64,000 nt of DNA from assembly GCF_006345805.1 (NCBI RefSeq), contig NC_043001.1:49476001-49540000 (forward strand), given 5' to 3'. Under the pieces are notes generated by a model, which saw only the letters and a program-made list of their open reading frames with translations, searched no databases and was not told the origin of the DNA. Position 1 is the stretch's first letter, and each line of letters opens with the position of its first letter. The DNA comes from Octopus sinensis. Taxonomy: Eukaryota. The position numbers were made by a program, and so were the translations under genes. Of this stretch, positions 27,011-40,380 are shown piece after piece.

Positions 27011-28174
27011 TCTCTCTCTATATATAAAACTGAGAATGTGTGTCTGTCTGTGTGTTTCCCTAAAACTTGAGAACTACACAACCAATTTCATTCAAATTTT
27101 ACACATGCCTTACTTAGGGTCCGGGAGGTGTCATCGGCAAAAACATTTTTACTTTTTGCCTAGGGCGAGCCCACAGCAATATCATATCTTCTCCACTACG
27201 ATTCCATAAAACTTGAGAACTACACAACCAATTTCATTCAAATTTTTACGCATGCTTTACTTAGGGTCCATGTAGTTTCATGGGCTAAAAAAAATGTTCA
27301 GCTTCTTGCCTAGGGCAAGCCCATAGCAATATTATATCTTCTCCACTATTTCAGTATTAGATGAAAAACATTTCTCTATTTTATGTCAGATATTTCACTT
27401 TAACAATAAAATTTAGAGATAATAATAACAATTGTAGTAAGTAATAATTAAAATCAAACTAATGTATAATATAATCGTAACATAACAATAGTAAAAATAG
27501 CCATTGGTATAAAATTGCATCAATGACTTGAACTTGAATAAGTGGTTTCACATGAATGGGAATAAATTAAAAATAAAATTAGTGTGCAGAAATGGAATAG
27601 TCCAGATGGATAATAAAAAATTAAATTAAAGAAAAGACTATTGTCTATAAAGTATACAATGTAGAGAAAAAAGATTTGAACACCTGGAGGAAAGCACCTT
27701 TGAAAAGTGCCTTGGTGCGACTATGAAAGATATCTAACCAGAGGCGGTAAATTCGCCACAATAGAAGCAAGGTTCGAGTCAACGGAGCGAGCAAGGGAGT
27801 ACTCGACTCGAGCTTGCAAAGTGGAAATATTTTATTTTTACCTTTATATCTGGGACGTAGGTCGTCCGGGATAAAAAATTAAAAATGTCCTCTCCCCCCA
27901 CCAGAAGTAGAGGTAGGCTGGATTGTAGCCACACTTCTATACAAGAGGGAGGACAAGATACAATTGATCGAAATTGCAAGAGACGGGCTTACAATTCCAG
28001 TCTGTTATATATTTTGAGTATTGTTATCACTAGCGATATCAAGATATAACTTTGTATTTTGTATTTTATGTGTAGATGTATATATATAGATATACATGTA
28101 ATATGTACACATATATATACACATATATACATGCACTAGCACTATGACTCGGTAACGACGGGTCATAATGCTAG
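27011..28174 (+). mobile_element. Non-autonomous Helitron-type element with internal ~146-bp tandem duplication
   Basis: 5' TC-tatatataaa..gtctgtctg start; 3' hairpin actagcactatgac..gtcataatgctagt ending CTAG; unit repeated at ~27061-27205 and ~27208-27350. Confidence 0.65.
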
Positions 28175-28379
28175 TATATATATATAGTAGCGGGCCACCC
28201 AACCTTCGGCTCGGCGTGTGCGCTATTGAGATCTATTCATAAGTCACACATTGGCTTTTGTCGTAATGCCCATCACTACGTTGATGTTGTTGAAATTCCA
28301 ATGAAGGAAACTTGAATCTAGGTTAGAAACCGTCTCTTTCTCTATTGGCAAGAAAGCTTCAAATAAAACTGAATAACGA

Positions 28380-28947
<568 letters not shown>

Positions 28948-29164
28948 GGGTTTCCACACAGGCTTTGTCAACCAAATTCATTCACAAGACATTAGTCGAA
29001 CCGCGGTCATAGTTAAAGATTCTTGTCCAAAGTGGGGCACAGTGGGACTGAACACGAAGCTACATGGATGCAGAGAGAGCTTCTTGACCACTTCATTGGA
29101 TTAAAATTAACGTAGTATAGTTTATGATGAGAGAGTTTGTATCGTACTCTGAAACACTGCAGAG

Positions 29165-29501
29165 CAGTGGTTCTCAACCGGTATCCATATGGCCCATGTG
29201 GGTCCACATCAGTTTTTGGAATCCACACAACAAAATAGGAAATTGGGGACCCACAATAGTAATTTAACGGCCCCTGAAAAATTCTGCTTTAGACATAGCT
29301 ATCGGTATGTATTGCAAGAAACAGCTAGATTTCTTTCTCTAACATTTTACATAGTTCAACCTACACAAGTAAATGGGTGAAAATATTAATAAATAACATT
29401 GTATAAAACTAATTTTTAAACATCTAATAGCTACAGGGCACCACCAGAATAAAACAGCAATCAAAGAGGGTCCGTAGATAAAAAATGGTTGAGAACCTCT
29501 G
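29165..29501. mobile_element. hAT (Charlie-like) MITE
   Basis: TIRs cagtggttctcaacc / ggttgagaacctctg; 8-bp TSD relic ctgcagag / ctgtaaag (6 of 8). Confidence 0.85.
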
Positions 29502-29586
29502 CTGTAAAGACTTGAATAGTGCAGACAATGTTTGGACGCGTCAGCCATCATAGACTGCCCAGTGAGTGCGGCGTATTGGTTATTCG

Positions 29587-29670
<84 letters not shown>

Positions 29671-29822
29671 GGCGCAGGAGTTGCTAACCAACCACATGGT
29701 TCCGAGTTCAGTCCCACTGCGTGGCATCTTGGGCAAGTGTCTTCTGCTATAGCCCCGGGCCGACCAATGCCTTGTGAGTGGATTTGGTAGACGGAAACTG
29801 AAAGAAGCCTGTCGTATATATG

Positions 29823-29861
<39 letters not shown>

Positions 29862-30059
29862 TTGTCCCCCAAGCATTGCTTGACAACCGATGCTGGTGTG
29901 TTTACGTCCCCGTCACTTAGCGGTTCGGCAAAAGAGAAGTACTGGGCTTACAAAGAATAAGTCCCGGGGTCGACTTGCTCGACTAAAGGCGGTGCTCCAG
30001 CATGGCCGTAGTCAAATGACTGAAACAAGTAAAAGAGTAAGAGTAAGGAGTATATATAT

Positions 30060-30107
<48 letters not shown>

Positions 30108-30291
30108 CATATAGTCGTAGGTGTGGCTGTGTGGTAAGTAGCTTGCTTACGAATCACATGGTTCCGGATTCAGTCCCACTGCGTGGCACCTTGGGCAAGT
30201 GTCTTTTACTATAGCCTCGGGCCGACCAAAGCCTTGCGAGTGGATTTGGTAGACGGAAACTGAAAGAAGCCCGCCGTATATATGCATATAT

Positions 30292-30329
<38 letters not shown>

Positions 30330-30699
30330 GATATATATATATATATATCTATATTATAATATATATATATATATATATATAGATAAGAAAGTTTGTTGGT
30401 AAAGCACGTGGGTGAATATATAAGAAAATATATTTTCTTATATATATATATATATGTGTATGTATGTATGTTTATGTGTATATTTATGTGTCTGTCCTTG
30501 TCCACCCACTCACCCAACATCGCTTGACAACCGTTGCTGGTGTGTTTACGTTCCCGTAAATTAGCGGTTCGGCAAAAGAAACAGATAGAATAAGTACTAG
30601 GCTTGCAAAGAATAAGTCCTGGAGTTGATTTGCTCGACTAAAGTCGGTGCTCCAGCTTGGCCACAGTCAAACGACTGAAACAAGTAAAAGAGTGAAAGA

Positions 30700-30700
<1 letters not shown>
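29671..30700 (+). mobile_element. Two SINE family C copies
   Basis: Heads at ~29671 and ~30115; tails ending gactgaaacaagtaaaagag. Confidence 0.88.
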
Positions 30701-30743
<43 letters not shown>

Positions 30744-31207
30744 TCTGTGTGTGCGGTATTGAGATCTATTCATTAAGCACATATTAGCTTTTGTCGTAAT
30801 GCCCATTTTTCTTACAATAAAAATTGTTGAAAGGAATCTAAATATTGCATAACATAATTTTACAAATTTATTTAGAACATCTAAATGCAGAAAGTAACAT
30901 AGATAATAATAGAGAAATGTACTGTACGAAAATTATAAAACATTTACAGAACTTCAGTTTATACAATGGTTTTAACTTTTTTCGTTGGAGCATATATGAA
31001 GAGTTTCTGTGGGCTTCCTACACTAGTACAACCTAGACACAATTGACCATATGAGAAACAACCCTCTTCTAGATGGAGACCGACAACCTGCAGTGTTTGA
31101 CCTTAGGACATGTTAATGGTCAATGCGTAACTGACACTCACTGAGAATTGCAATCGTTTGAAACAAAAGGGGACATCTGTTGGTATTAGTAGTATTTTAG
31201 ATATAAA

Positions 31208-31572
31208 CTAGCACTATGACCCTGCAACGCCGAGTCATAGTGCTAGTGCATACATATACAGCTGCGTGCGTGCGCACATACACGCGAGTACTGTCTAAAT
31301 CTCCGACCAATCACGTACAGCTAGCTGGCATTCAATTGGCGTATCAAGTTTCGGACATTTTGATTGGGTTTTGGATAGAAAATTCACAAAAAAGTCACTT
31401 CTATTGATTTTTTTAATGGCTTTGCGGGGTGACTGGGGAAATGTAAAGATGTGCACGACCACCCTTGGACGGTTTTGAATGACCATAGAAAGTGCGAGCC
31501 CTCTAACTGAAAAATTGTGGATTTGTAGAAAGGATACACACACAGACATTTTGCCGTTTATATATAGAGAGA
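31208..31572 (-). mobile_element. Short Helitron-type non-autonomous element
   Basis: Minus strand starts tctctctatatataaacggcaaaatgtctgtgtg and ends in the same hairpin+CTAG family as 28135-28175. Confidence 0.7.
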
Positions 31573-31599
31573 TACAATGTCTCCCCTACCACATGTAGT

Positions 31600-31816
31600 G
31601 AGGGATTTTGGTTCGATAATGTGAGACTATTTCAGTCACAACCATACGTCTACCATTGCACAATCTTGTCCGATCCAGGTTTCTGCGAAACATGACTGTG
31701 CTCTTCTTCAATTCAAGGTTGTGTGGTGGCATAGCAGACGGTTGCAGACTGTTGAGGGCTTCAACAGGATAATGAACAGCATCGCCTCGTCGACAACTTT
31801 GTCGATAGATATAAAG
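31600..31816 (-). pseudogene. Helitron PIF1-type helicase fragment
   Basis: With one frameshift the minus strand reads FISIDKVVDE/AVHYPVEALNSLQPSAMPPHNLELKKSTVMFRRNLDRTRLCNGRRMVV, matching the recalled Helitron helicase motif YPVEFLNSL.PSGMPPH.L.LK...MLLRNL...LCNG.RL.V. Confidence 0.85.
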
Positions 31817-32720
31817 ATGTGTCTGCCTCTATCCTCCCGCTGTCTCACTTGTTTTTTCTTCCTAACCCCCTTTCTATTTGCGACAGATAGGTGGAGATAG
31901 TGTGAGAGACACATATACAAACAGAGAGAGAGAGGGGGCAGATAGTGAGACAGATAGAGACATAGAAAGGGACATATAGACAGAGAGAAAGCAGAGGTCT
32001 GGCGTCAACCCCCTTTCTCTGTCTGTCTCTCGTGTGTTCTTTCTCTAAAGAGAAAAGGAGGTAGAGGTAGTGGGACAGAGACACACACACATATACATCC
32101 AGAGAGAGAGAGAGAGAGGGGGGGGGAGGGAGATCGTGAGAGAGATTGAGACATAGGGAGGGACGTATAGACAGAGAAAAGGCAGATGCCCTGCAGCGAC
32201 TTCAAAGGAATACATGGATGCAGAGAGAGAGCTTCTTGACCACTTCACTGGATTAAAATTAACGTAGTATAGTTTATGATGAGAGAGTTTGTATCGTACT
32301 CTGAAACACTGCAGGGCAGTGGTTCTCAACCGGTATCCATATGGCTCATGAGGGTCCACATCAATGTAAAAATGTAATGTAAAAAGTTAGAGAAAGTTGG
32401 AAGTTGAGGTGAGGTGGAGTATTTTTTCACTATGTAAAAAGTACTACGGTGAAATAAACAGTACGTGGATTGCTAGAAATAGGAGCCAATACACCACCAA
32501 TCCGACTGCGGAAAATAAGTGCACAGTTATCTGCGGAATGGTCAAATCAATTTAAATGATACGATAAATATTATCAATTTTATTTAGTGTTTTCAGCGAT
32601 CAACGTGCAAACAAGCAAACTTTGCTTTTTATAAGGATATGATATATATATATATATATATATATATAAGAAATATTGAGTTTCTAAATCTCTCGTAGAG
32701 AGGTGTACGGTGGTGGAGCG

Positions 32721-32903
32721 ATATAATGGCTGTATACTGTCAATCTAACAAGAACGTGACAGTAGGGGGTACACCACCGTTATATAGCCCTAGGAGGCAT
32801 CGAACGCCTCCTGACAGCTTCGACACATTTTATCCTGTGTCAGGACACAGGATAAAATGTGTCGAAGCTGTCAGGAGGTGTTAGATTGACAGTATACAAC
32901 CAT

Positions 32904-32908
<5 letters not shown>
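32721..32908. mobile_element. Small element with 28-bp terminal inverted repeats and an internal 39-bp-arm hairpin
   Basis: atataatggytgtatactgtcaatctaa at both ends in inverted orientation; hairpin 32803-32882 with a 2-nt loop and 1 mismatch. Confidence 0.8.
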
Positions 32909-32934
<26 letters not shown>

Positions 32935-33775
32935 ATGTATATGTATAAGCATGCACAAATATACATACATTGATGCGAACATACAAGTATGTTTGCCTTT
33001 GCATCGACATGTACGTGCGCTAATATCGAAAAGTGAGAATGGGTGTTCAACATCATGTTGGTGGATAAATGTTCTTTATTTGTAGGTTAACAATGCTCGC
33101 AATGGTTTCATGTGAAGAGACCTCTCTTTACCTGAAACCATTGATAGCCATGTTAACACACACACAAACGCACACACACACACACCACACACACACACAC
33201 ACATGTATGTATGTATGTATGTATGTATGTTGTATGTATGTATGTATGTATATGTAAAATACAAAGGAAACAAAGCCTTTCCTTTTCTCGCCCCATCTGA
33301 ATGACAAAATGTGTGACAAAGCCATATAATGGTTGATTCGTTAATGTATTTATGATATGTTCTAGAAAAATACAAAGGAAACAGCAACAACAAATGTATC
33401 GAAATTTTCTTTTTTGTCTCTGTATTTATCCGCCTCTCTGTCTGTCTGTCTGTCTCTCTCTGTCTGTCTGTCTGTCTCTCTCTGTCTGTCTCTGTCTTTC
33501 TCTCTTTCTTTCTTCTCTCTCTCTTTTTCCTTTTTATATCAACCTTTGTTAAAACACCTTTATCTTACGAGTTACTCAGCAACGATGACTTGCAAGATTC
33601 AATGACAAAGAGTGTTAAAATATCAATTTCAGATAAAGGTGAGCAAATGAAAATTCAAAACCTCGTAAAGAAACTTAAGCATTGAATTGTTTGTTTAGTT
33701 TATTTTAAGTTGTTTTTTTTTTTTTGCTATTGCTATTAATTAAATCAGTAGCCTTAATTCGTGATGTTTGTTATA

Positions 33776-34321
33776 CAGGGTGTCCAAAAAGTCACTGATG
33801 GGTTTCAATCTTTAATAACTTCCTTAACTTTACAAATAATGCATGAAATTTTGAAACAATATAAAGGACATAATAGAAATTAATATGCACATGTCAAATT
33901 TTGCAACACCACTATATCACATATGAAAAATTACATCACTTAAATGGTAGCCATTTTCGACTTCGCAAACACGGGCTCTTTCCAAAATTTGCACCATAAC
34001 ACCCTCAAGAGTTTCAGACCCCACTTCTCTGATTACTCAATTGATGTTCTCCTTCAGCTGCACCAAGGTCTCCTGTTTGTTGACGTAAACCCTCTCTTTC
34101 AGGTAGCCATGAGTGAGACCTTTTTGCGCCCGACCATTCAAAGTAGGCCTCACACATGGTTCCAGCAAGATGGGGCAACTGCTCATACCGCAAGAGAAAC
34201 TATATAATTGCTACGGCAGTGCTTTGGAGAGAGAATAATCTCCCGCTACGGCAATGTCAACAGGCCTTCACGTTCTCCAAACTTGGCTAGCCCAGACTTT
34301 TTTTTGTGGGCATATCTGAAA
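33776..34321. mobile_element. rosa/DD41D Tc1-mariner fragment with internal inversion
   Basis: + strand 34130-34321: WFQQD-(41 aa)-DFFLWAYLK; - strand 34108-33930: GYLKERVYVNK..ENGYHLSDVIFHM*, followed by a cagggtgtccaaaaagt TIR at 33776. Confidence 0.8.
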
Positions 34322-34520
34322 GGATCTAACCAGAGAGCTGAAGAGACTGTGGAAGACTAAGACAACAACTAGTCTTGTGGCATGCACTTGGCACAACACC
34401 TGAACTGCTACGTAAGAGACTGAAAGATATTGGAATTGAGACTCGCATTGTCGAACTGCAGAAAAGTGTCATCTTATATTCTGCAAGAATCTCTAAGAAG
34501 GATACTTGAGATTTGAGGAG
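34322..34520 (+). mobile_element. 3' end of an RLE-type (R4/NeSL-like) non-LTR retrotransposon
   Basis: Relic DLTRELKRLWKTK../LGTTPELLRKRLKDIGIETRIVELQKSVILYSAR, typical of the RLE C-terminus. Confidence 0.7.
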
Positions 34521-35589
34521 ACTTGTTGTCACCATACATCAAGATAACGTTCCTGATAATTAAATTTACATGTACTAGCCTGGTGATGACGATGATGATG
34601 ATGCTACGGCTGCTGCTGCTGCTGATGATGATGATGATGATAAACTATCCATCTATGTATCATATTCAATGTATACACACTTTTGACAGGCAAGTTACTG
34701 TGGTTTTCATCCCAGATAAAATATCTTATGGGTGTACTGTGTTAAAATCTCATTACATATTAGAAGGAGACGAAAAATCGCCTCGGCAGCGGCTAACAAG
34801 AACGCCACATGTATTTCGGCCTTTATGAGTCTTATCAACATCGTGTACTCGCAGCCAACCACATTCCTAGACGAGATTTGTCGCCTCTGGTATAAGAGAC
34901 AGTAAACAATATATTCGCTGGTACTGCAACTGAAGAAGTATTAAATTAAAATAGTCATCTATGTATCATATTTAATGTTTATACACTGTTGACAGACAAG
35001 TTGCTGCAGTTGTCGTCCGAGATAAAATCTCTTCTGTACGTGCAGTGTTAAAAACAATATATACGAGGAAAGCGAAAAATCATCTCGGTAGTAGCTAACC
35101 TAACGAGGCCAACAAGAATTGCAGTCATGTTGGAGAACCGCCGCGAAGGGTTTAATCAATGAAATCGACCTCAGCATTTGTTTGAGCCTGGTACATATTC
35201 TATCGATTCCATTTCTATTTTGTCGAATCGTTAAGTTCCGGAGATGTAAACAAACGAGCGCTAGTTCTCAAGCAATGAGAGACAAACACAAACATGCACA
35301 GACACATAGAGACATATATACGGGCTTCAGCATAGTTTCTGTCGACCAAACTTACTTACAAAGCATTGGTCAGTTGGAGGCTAGTAGAAGATGCCACACA
35401 GTGGAAATAAACACAAAACCACGTGGTTGTGATTCCCCGTATTGTGCTCCTTTAAAAACTATTAGATATCCCTGCAGACACTTGACTTACAATTCATAAA
35501 AGTACTGTTCTACTGGGATAGCCTGTTAAGAGCAGTGCATTCACGATATTTATTTATTCAGTCTTAGACTTACCCCGCAGATCGATGAT

Positions 35590-36275
35590 ATCAGTTTAAA
35601 ATTTTGGTACAAATAAGCAATATTTTGGAGCAGGTTATGTCGATTACCTGGACATCAATGATCAGCTGGTATTTATTTTAATCGACCCCGAAAGTATAAA
35701 AAGCAAACCCGACCTTGGCGCTATTTGAACGCAGGGCGTGAAGAGCCGGAAGAAATGCTAAGTATTTCGTACGAGGGGCTAACGACTTTTGCCAGCTCGT
35801 TGCCTTTTAGGAACACAATAAAAATTGTTTCAAAGTTTGGCACAAGGATAGCATTTTCAGGAAGTGATGTAAGTCGATTACATCGATCCCAGTCAACTGA
35901 TACTTATTTTATCGACTTCGTGAGGGTAGAAGCAAAAGTCAATCTCGGCGGAAATTGAACTCAGAAAGTAAAGATATACGAAATGCCGCTAAGCATTTTG
36001 CCCGAAGTGCTTACGTTTCTGCCAGCTCGCGGCCTTTAAGAAACGCAATGATATTTCTTTCTATTATAGACACAAGGCCCAAAATTTTGGAGCAGAATAC
36101 TAGCCAGTTACATCGACCCCAGTACTTGACTGGTACTTATTTGATCAACCATGAAAGGACGAGAGAGGCAAAATCGACCTCGGCAAAATCCGAACTCAGA
36201 ACGTAAAAACAGACGAAATGCAATTATGCATTTTGCCCGGTTTGCTAACGATTCTGTCAGCTTGCCACCTTTTAG
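35590..36275 (-). mobile_element. Three tandem SINE-M-related units
   Basis: ~230-bp units each followed by cctt(t/a)(a)ggaacacaataa-like flank. Confidence 0.75.
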
Positions 36276-36302
36276 GAACACAATAACAATAATCAAAAAC
36301 AA

Positions 36303-36585
36303 TTGCAGCGTGGAAGGTGTTTGTAAGCCATTTAAGAAACACACAAAAGCCGTTCGATTCACTTCAACATTTAAGTTTAATTTGTCAAAATATTTTCGTC
36401 GCTTTAAGACCGCGACCTGTTCACTGACAAAAATCCATGCTGCATGGATTTTTGTCAGTGAACAGGTCGCGGTCTTAAAGCGACGAAAAAAAAATTTTTT
36501 TGACAAATTTAACTTAAATGTTGAAGTGAATCGAACGGCTTTTGTGTGTTTCTTAAATGGCTTACAAACATCTTCCACGCTGCAA
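36303..36585. repeat. Near-perfect 283-bp palindrome (foldback element)
   Basis: Arms 36303-36440 and 36442-36585, centre aaatccatgc-t-gcatggattt; differences are essentially one substitution and an A/T-run indel. Confidence 0.95.
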
Positions 36586-37373
36586 ATGTTTTCGTTTCAG
36601 CACACGATCTCAGATCAAATCACTTGCTATTCAAGTACATCTCCGTAATAACAATAATGTTTAATTGTATTGGCCACTGTTATTAAAAGGAACAATTAGT
36701 CAGGAAATGACTTGACTAGTGAAACAGTGCCAGAAACAGAAATTGTTAATGGACATGCATTAACAATAAATTCTGATTCTTATGTGGTAATATTGTACAA
36801 CATCCTCTCCCATAACAGACCAAACGTTGCTGTATTAATATACACAACAATTGTGTTTTCCACAAGGCAGTGTCACCTTCTATATAGTAAGAGTTAATGA
36901 CTTTCCTGAGCTTGGCGAGATCTCATTTTCTTTTAATAACCATTACTAGTTTTATCACGTATAATATTGTTACTACTTAAGATAAAAATTTAGTATGTTA
37001 ATTATGTTACCTCACCACGTCCTCTTCACTCCCAAAAATTTAATGCCCCTAAAATGCCCCTGCACCACCTTGGGTTGGGGGTACCGCCCACGATGAGAAT
37101 CCCTGATCTTATGCGTCTATATTTTTTCCTTGATACTTTTGCTATTCACAATAGAATTACTTTTATTCTTTGGCTTGTTTCAGACATTTGACTGCAGCCA
37201 TGCTGGAGCACCGCCTTTAAGAGTGGGTTTTAGCCGATGAAATCGCCCCCGGGACTTATTCTTTGTAATCCTAGTACTTCGGTGTATTGGGTTTTTTGCC
37301 GAACCGTTAAGTTACGGGACGTAAACACACCAACATCGGTTGTCAAGCGATGGTGGAGGTACAATCATAGACA

Positions 37374-37418
<45 letters not shown>

Positions 37419-37786
37419 CACTAAACAAAGTTTTCGAAACTTGTCTTTGTACATATATATTCCCCTCCCATTACCGAAAGCTGAACAGTTATCTCCCTTA
37501 CCAACAATAATAACGATAACCAATTAGCCCCCTTTTATTTATCTACTTGTGAAGTCATTCACTCGTGAATTTCACCACAAACAACACGGACAAAATTTCC
37601 TCTCAAGAAAAAATACATATTCAAATAAGTAAAACGTAATATCATGAATAGCGATAGCGAAACCGGTCGATCTATTAAAAATTATATTAAAACTATGTAA
37701 GTGTGCGGATTTTCCTTTTTTAATTTCTTATATACATTACAACTCACCACGTGGGGATAATCGAAATTCCTCTTTTCTGTTGCTAC

Positions 37787-37838
<52 letters not shown>

Positions 37839-39283
37839 GACGGGCTTCTTTCACTTTCCATCTACCAAATCTCCTCACAAGATTTTGGTCGGCCCGAGGC
37901 TATAGTAGAAGACACTTGCCGAAGATGCCACACAGCGGGACAAAACCAGGAGGCATGTGATTGGGAAGCAAACTTCTTACCATACAGCCACGCCTACACC
38001 CAATTTTATTTCTTATTGTCGTCACTATTTTTAAATAATGTTTACTAATGCTTGGCGACTTTATGATAAAACAGTCTTTTATGAGATATATAGTTAACTG
38101 TGCATTTAATTAATGAGATAGTGGGTGTATAAAATTTTGTTTTCAAATTATGGCATAAGGCCAACAATTTCTGGAGAGGAGATTACATCCACCCCAGTGC
38201 TCTATGAGTACTTATTTTAACGAACCCGAATGATGAAAGGCAACGTCGACCTTGGCGGAATTTAAACTCAGAACATAAAGACGGACGAAATGCTGCTAAG
38301 CATTTTGCGCGGCGTGGTAACGACGCTGCCAACTCGGCTACTTAGTGAGTAATAAATATTTAAAAATTTACTTATTAAAGATAAATACTCAGATCCGCGT
38401 AAAGCTGTTTACAAATCCAGGCCAGATATCATAGATATGCACCACTTCAGCTACAATGAACTAGACATGGGCCAGAAAAGAAATGTCGGCTTCAATTTAA
38501 ACTGCTTATCAAATATCCTACTAAACAATACTAAGTACCCACAATTTATGTATGGGTCACAAGTAAAAGCATAGAATAAAAGATCAAGAACAATTTATAA
38601 CGAAATACCGATTCCTTATCAAGAGATCCTCCTTGTGTTTCTAACTGGTAGGACACGGTTTCCTCAAAAGCATAAACCGATATAAATTAACCAATCTGTC
38701 TGTATATATTCTTGGCATTATTTGCATATGAAGAAGCAAAGCATCTGACAAAATATAAACATTCCTAGAAACTATGGTAGTTCTAAGGCGGTGAGCTGGC
38801 AGAAACGTTAGCACGCCGGGCGAAATGCTTAGCAGTAATTCGTCTGCCGTTATGTTCTGAGTTCAAATTCCGCCGAGGTCGACTTTGCCTTTCATCCTTT
38901 CGAGGTCGATAAATTAAGTACCAGTTACGCACTGGGATTGATGTAATCGACTTAATCCGTTTGTCTGTCATTGTTTGTCCCCTCTATGTTTAGCCCCTTG
39001 TGGGCCATAAAGAAATAAGAAATTATGGTAGTTCTGTTAAGAGCACCCACACCGCGTAAGCTTTGGTCAAAAGCGTTGCATCCATGACCATTTCGGCTAT
39101 TTTCAGGCATATTGTATCTCAGGCTAGATATTTTTAATGAACTCCTTCCTAAAATATCAAAAATGAACCTGCAGTACTCCATGGTAAATTCTCTCTTGAA
39201 TTTTTTTTTAATAAAAAGCTGAAGACAATATAAAGCAAGAAGAAAGAAAACATGAGCAAAAAATATATTAAAAAATTACTGAC

Positions 39284-39416
39284 TGCATTTCATTTGGGTC
39301 CATTCTGAATATTCGATCCTCTTGTCGCTATATTGAATATCAGCTATAGTGAAAAGAAATCGACAGATCTCGGCTCTGCCACGACCGTTGAAATAGTACA
39401 GAGTGTAGGAAGGCAT
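39284..39416 (-). CDS. S-crystallin/sigma-GST gene B (short, SL11-like), coding exon 1
   Basis: ATG at 39416; [44 protein letters not shown], then A|gtcagt; catalytic Tyr8 and Trp39 retained. The five exons total 618 nt = 205 aa + stop with no frameshift. Confidence 0.95.
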
Positions 39417-39624
39417 CGTAACAAGGTTGGATTGATTGGTTGATTAAAGACACACAAGGAACTCTTCTTGTGGCTAGAAGACAACGTAAAGACAAATCAC
39501 TGCTTATTTATATGTTGTGGTGTTTTAAGTATATATATGTATATATATATATATATAAATGGATTGTTAAAAAATTTATTGTTTGTTTTTACGATTTAAC
39601 TCGTCACTCGGTTTCAGTGACTAT

Positions 39625-39660
39625 TTTCTGAACTCAAAACAGCTCCTATCTATATATATA
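39625..39660 (-). promoter_or_regulatory. Candidate TATA box and initiator for gene B
   Basis: TATATATATAG at 39660-39650 with a TCAG initiator-like A at ~39629 (31 nt downstream); an acceptor-like tttacgttgtcttctag ends at 39474. Inference only. Confidence 0.35.
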
Positions 39661-39970
39661 GTTGAGAAATTCTGTTAATCTGAGAGTGATTCATTCCAAA
39701 AGTCTAGCCAGGATTATTTAAACTTATTAAAAGACAAAGGACTTTCTTGTTAAATGCAACATTTAATTAATACTGTTCTTTAGTTGGTACTGTTCGTTGG
39801 CTACATGGAATACATGCACAGACGCACCCAGCACCCCCCACACATACGCACACGTATGCACACACTCACACTTGTGTATATACATGTATATATATTTGTT
39901 TGTATATATATATACATATATATACATATATATATATATCTATATATATATATATCTATATATATATATC

Positions 39971-40025
<55 letters not shown>

Positions 40026-40380
40026 ACATATATATATATATATATATATATCTATATATATACATATATATATATGTTTGTACACGAAGTATAGGTAATG
40101 TATGTCTGTATATATATATATATATATATATCTATATATATATATAGTGTGTGTGTGTGTATATACATTTTTATTTATATTAGGGCATGACTATACATAA
40201 ATGCCTCACGATAGGAGGGACACATATATGTTTGTATACTATATATATATTAATATATATATATATATATAATATATATATATAGATATATATATTAATA
40301 TATATATACACATACACATGCATATATACATGTATGGATATATGTTTATGTATGTATATATATATATATATATATATATA

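Noticed and set aside
36108-36648. Two long mirror-image ORFs (156 and 165 aa)
   Set aside because: Artefact of the palindrome plus an adjacent SINE.
38390-38575. ~60-codon open + strand frame after a cag acceptor-like site
   Set aside because: No recognisable motif or partner exons; within chance expectation.
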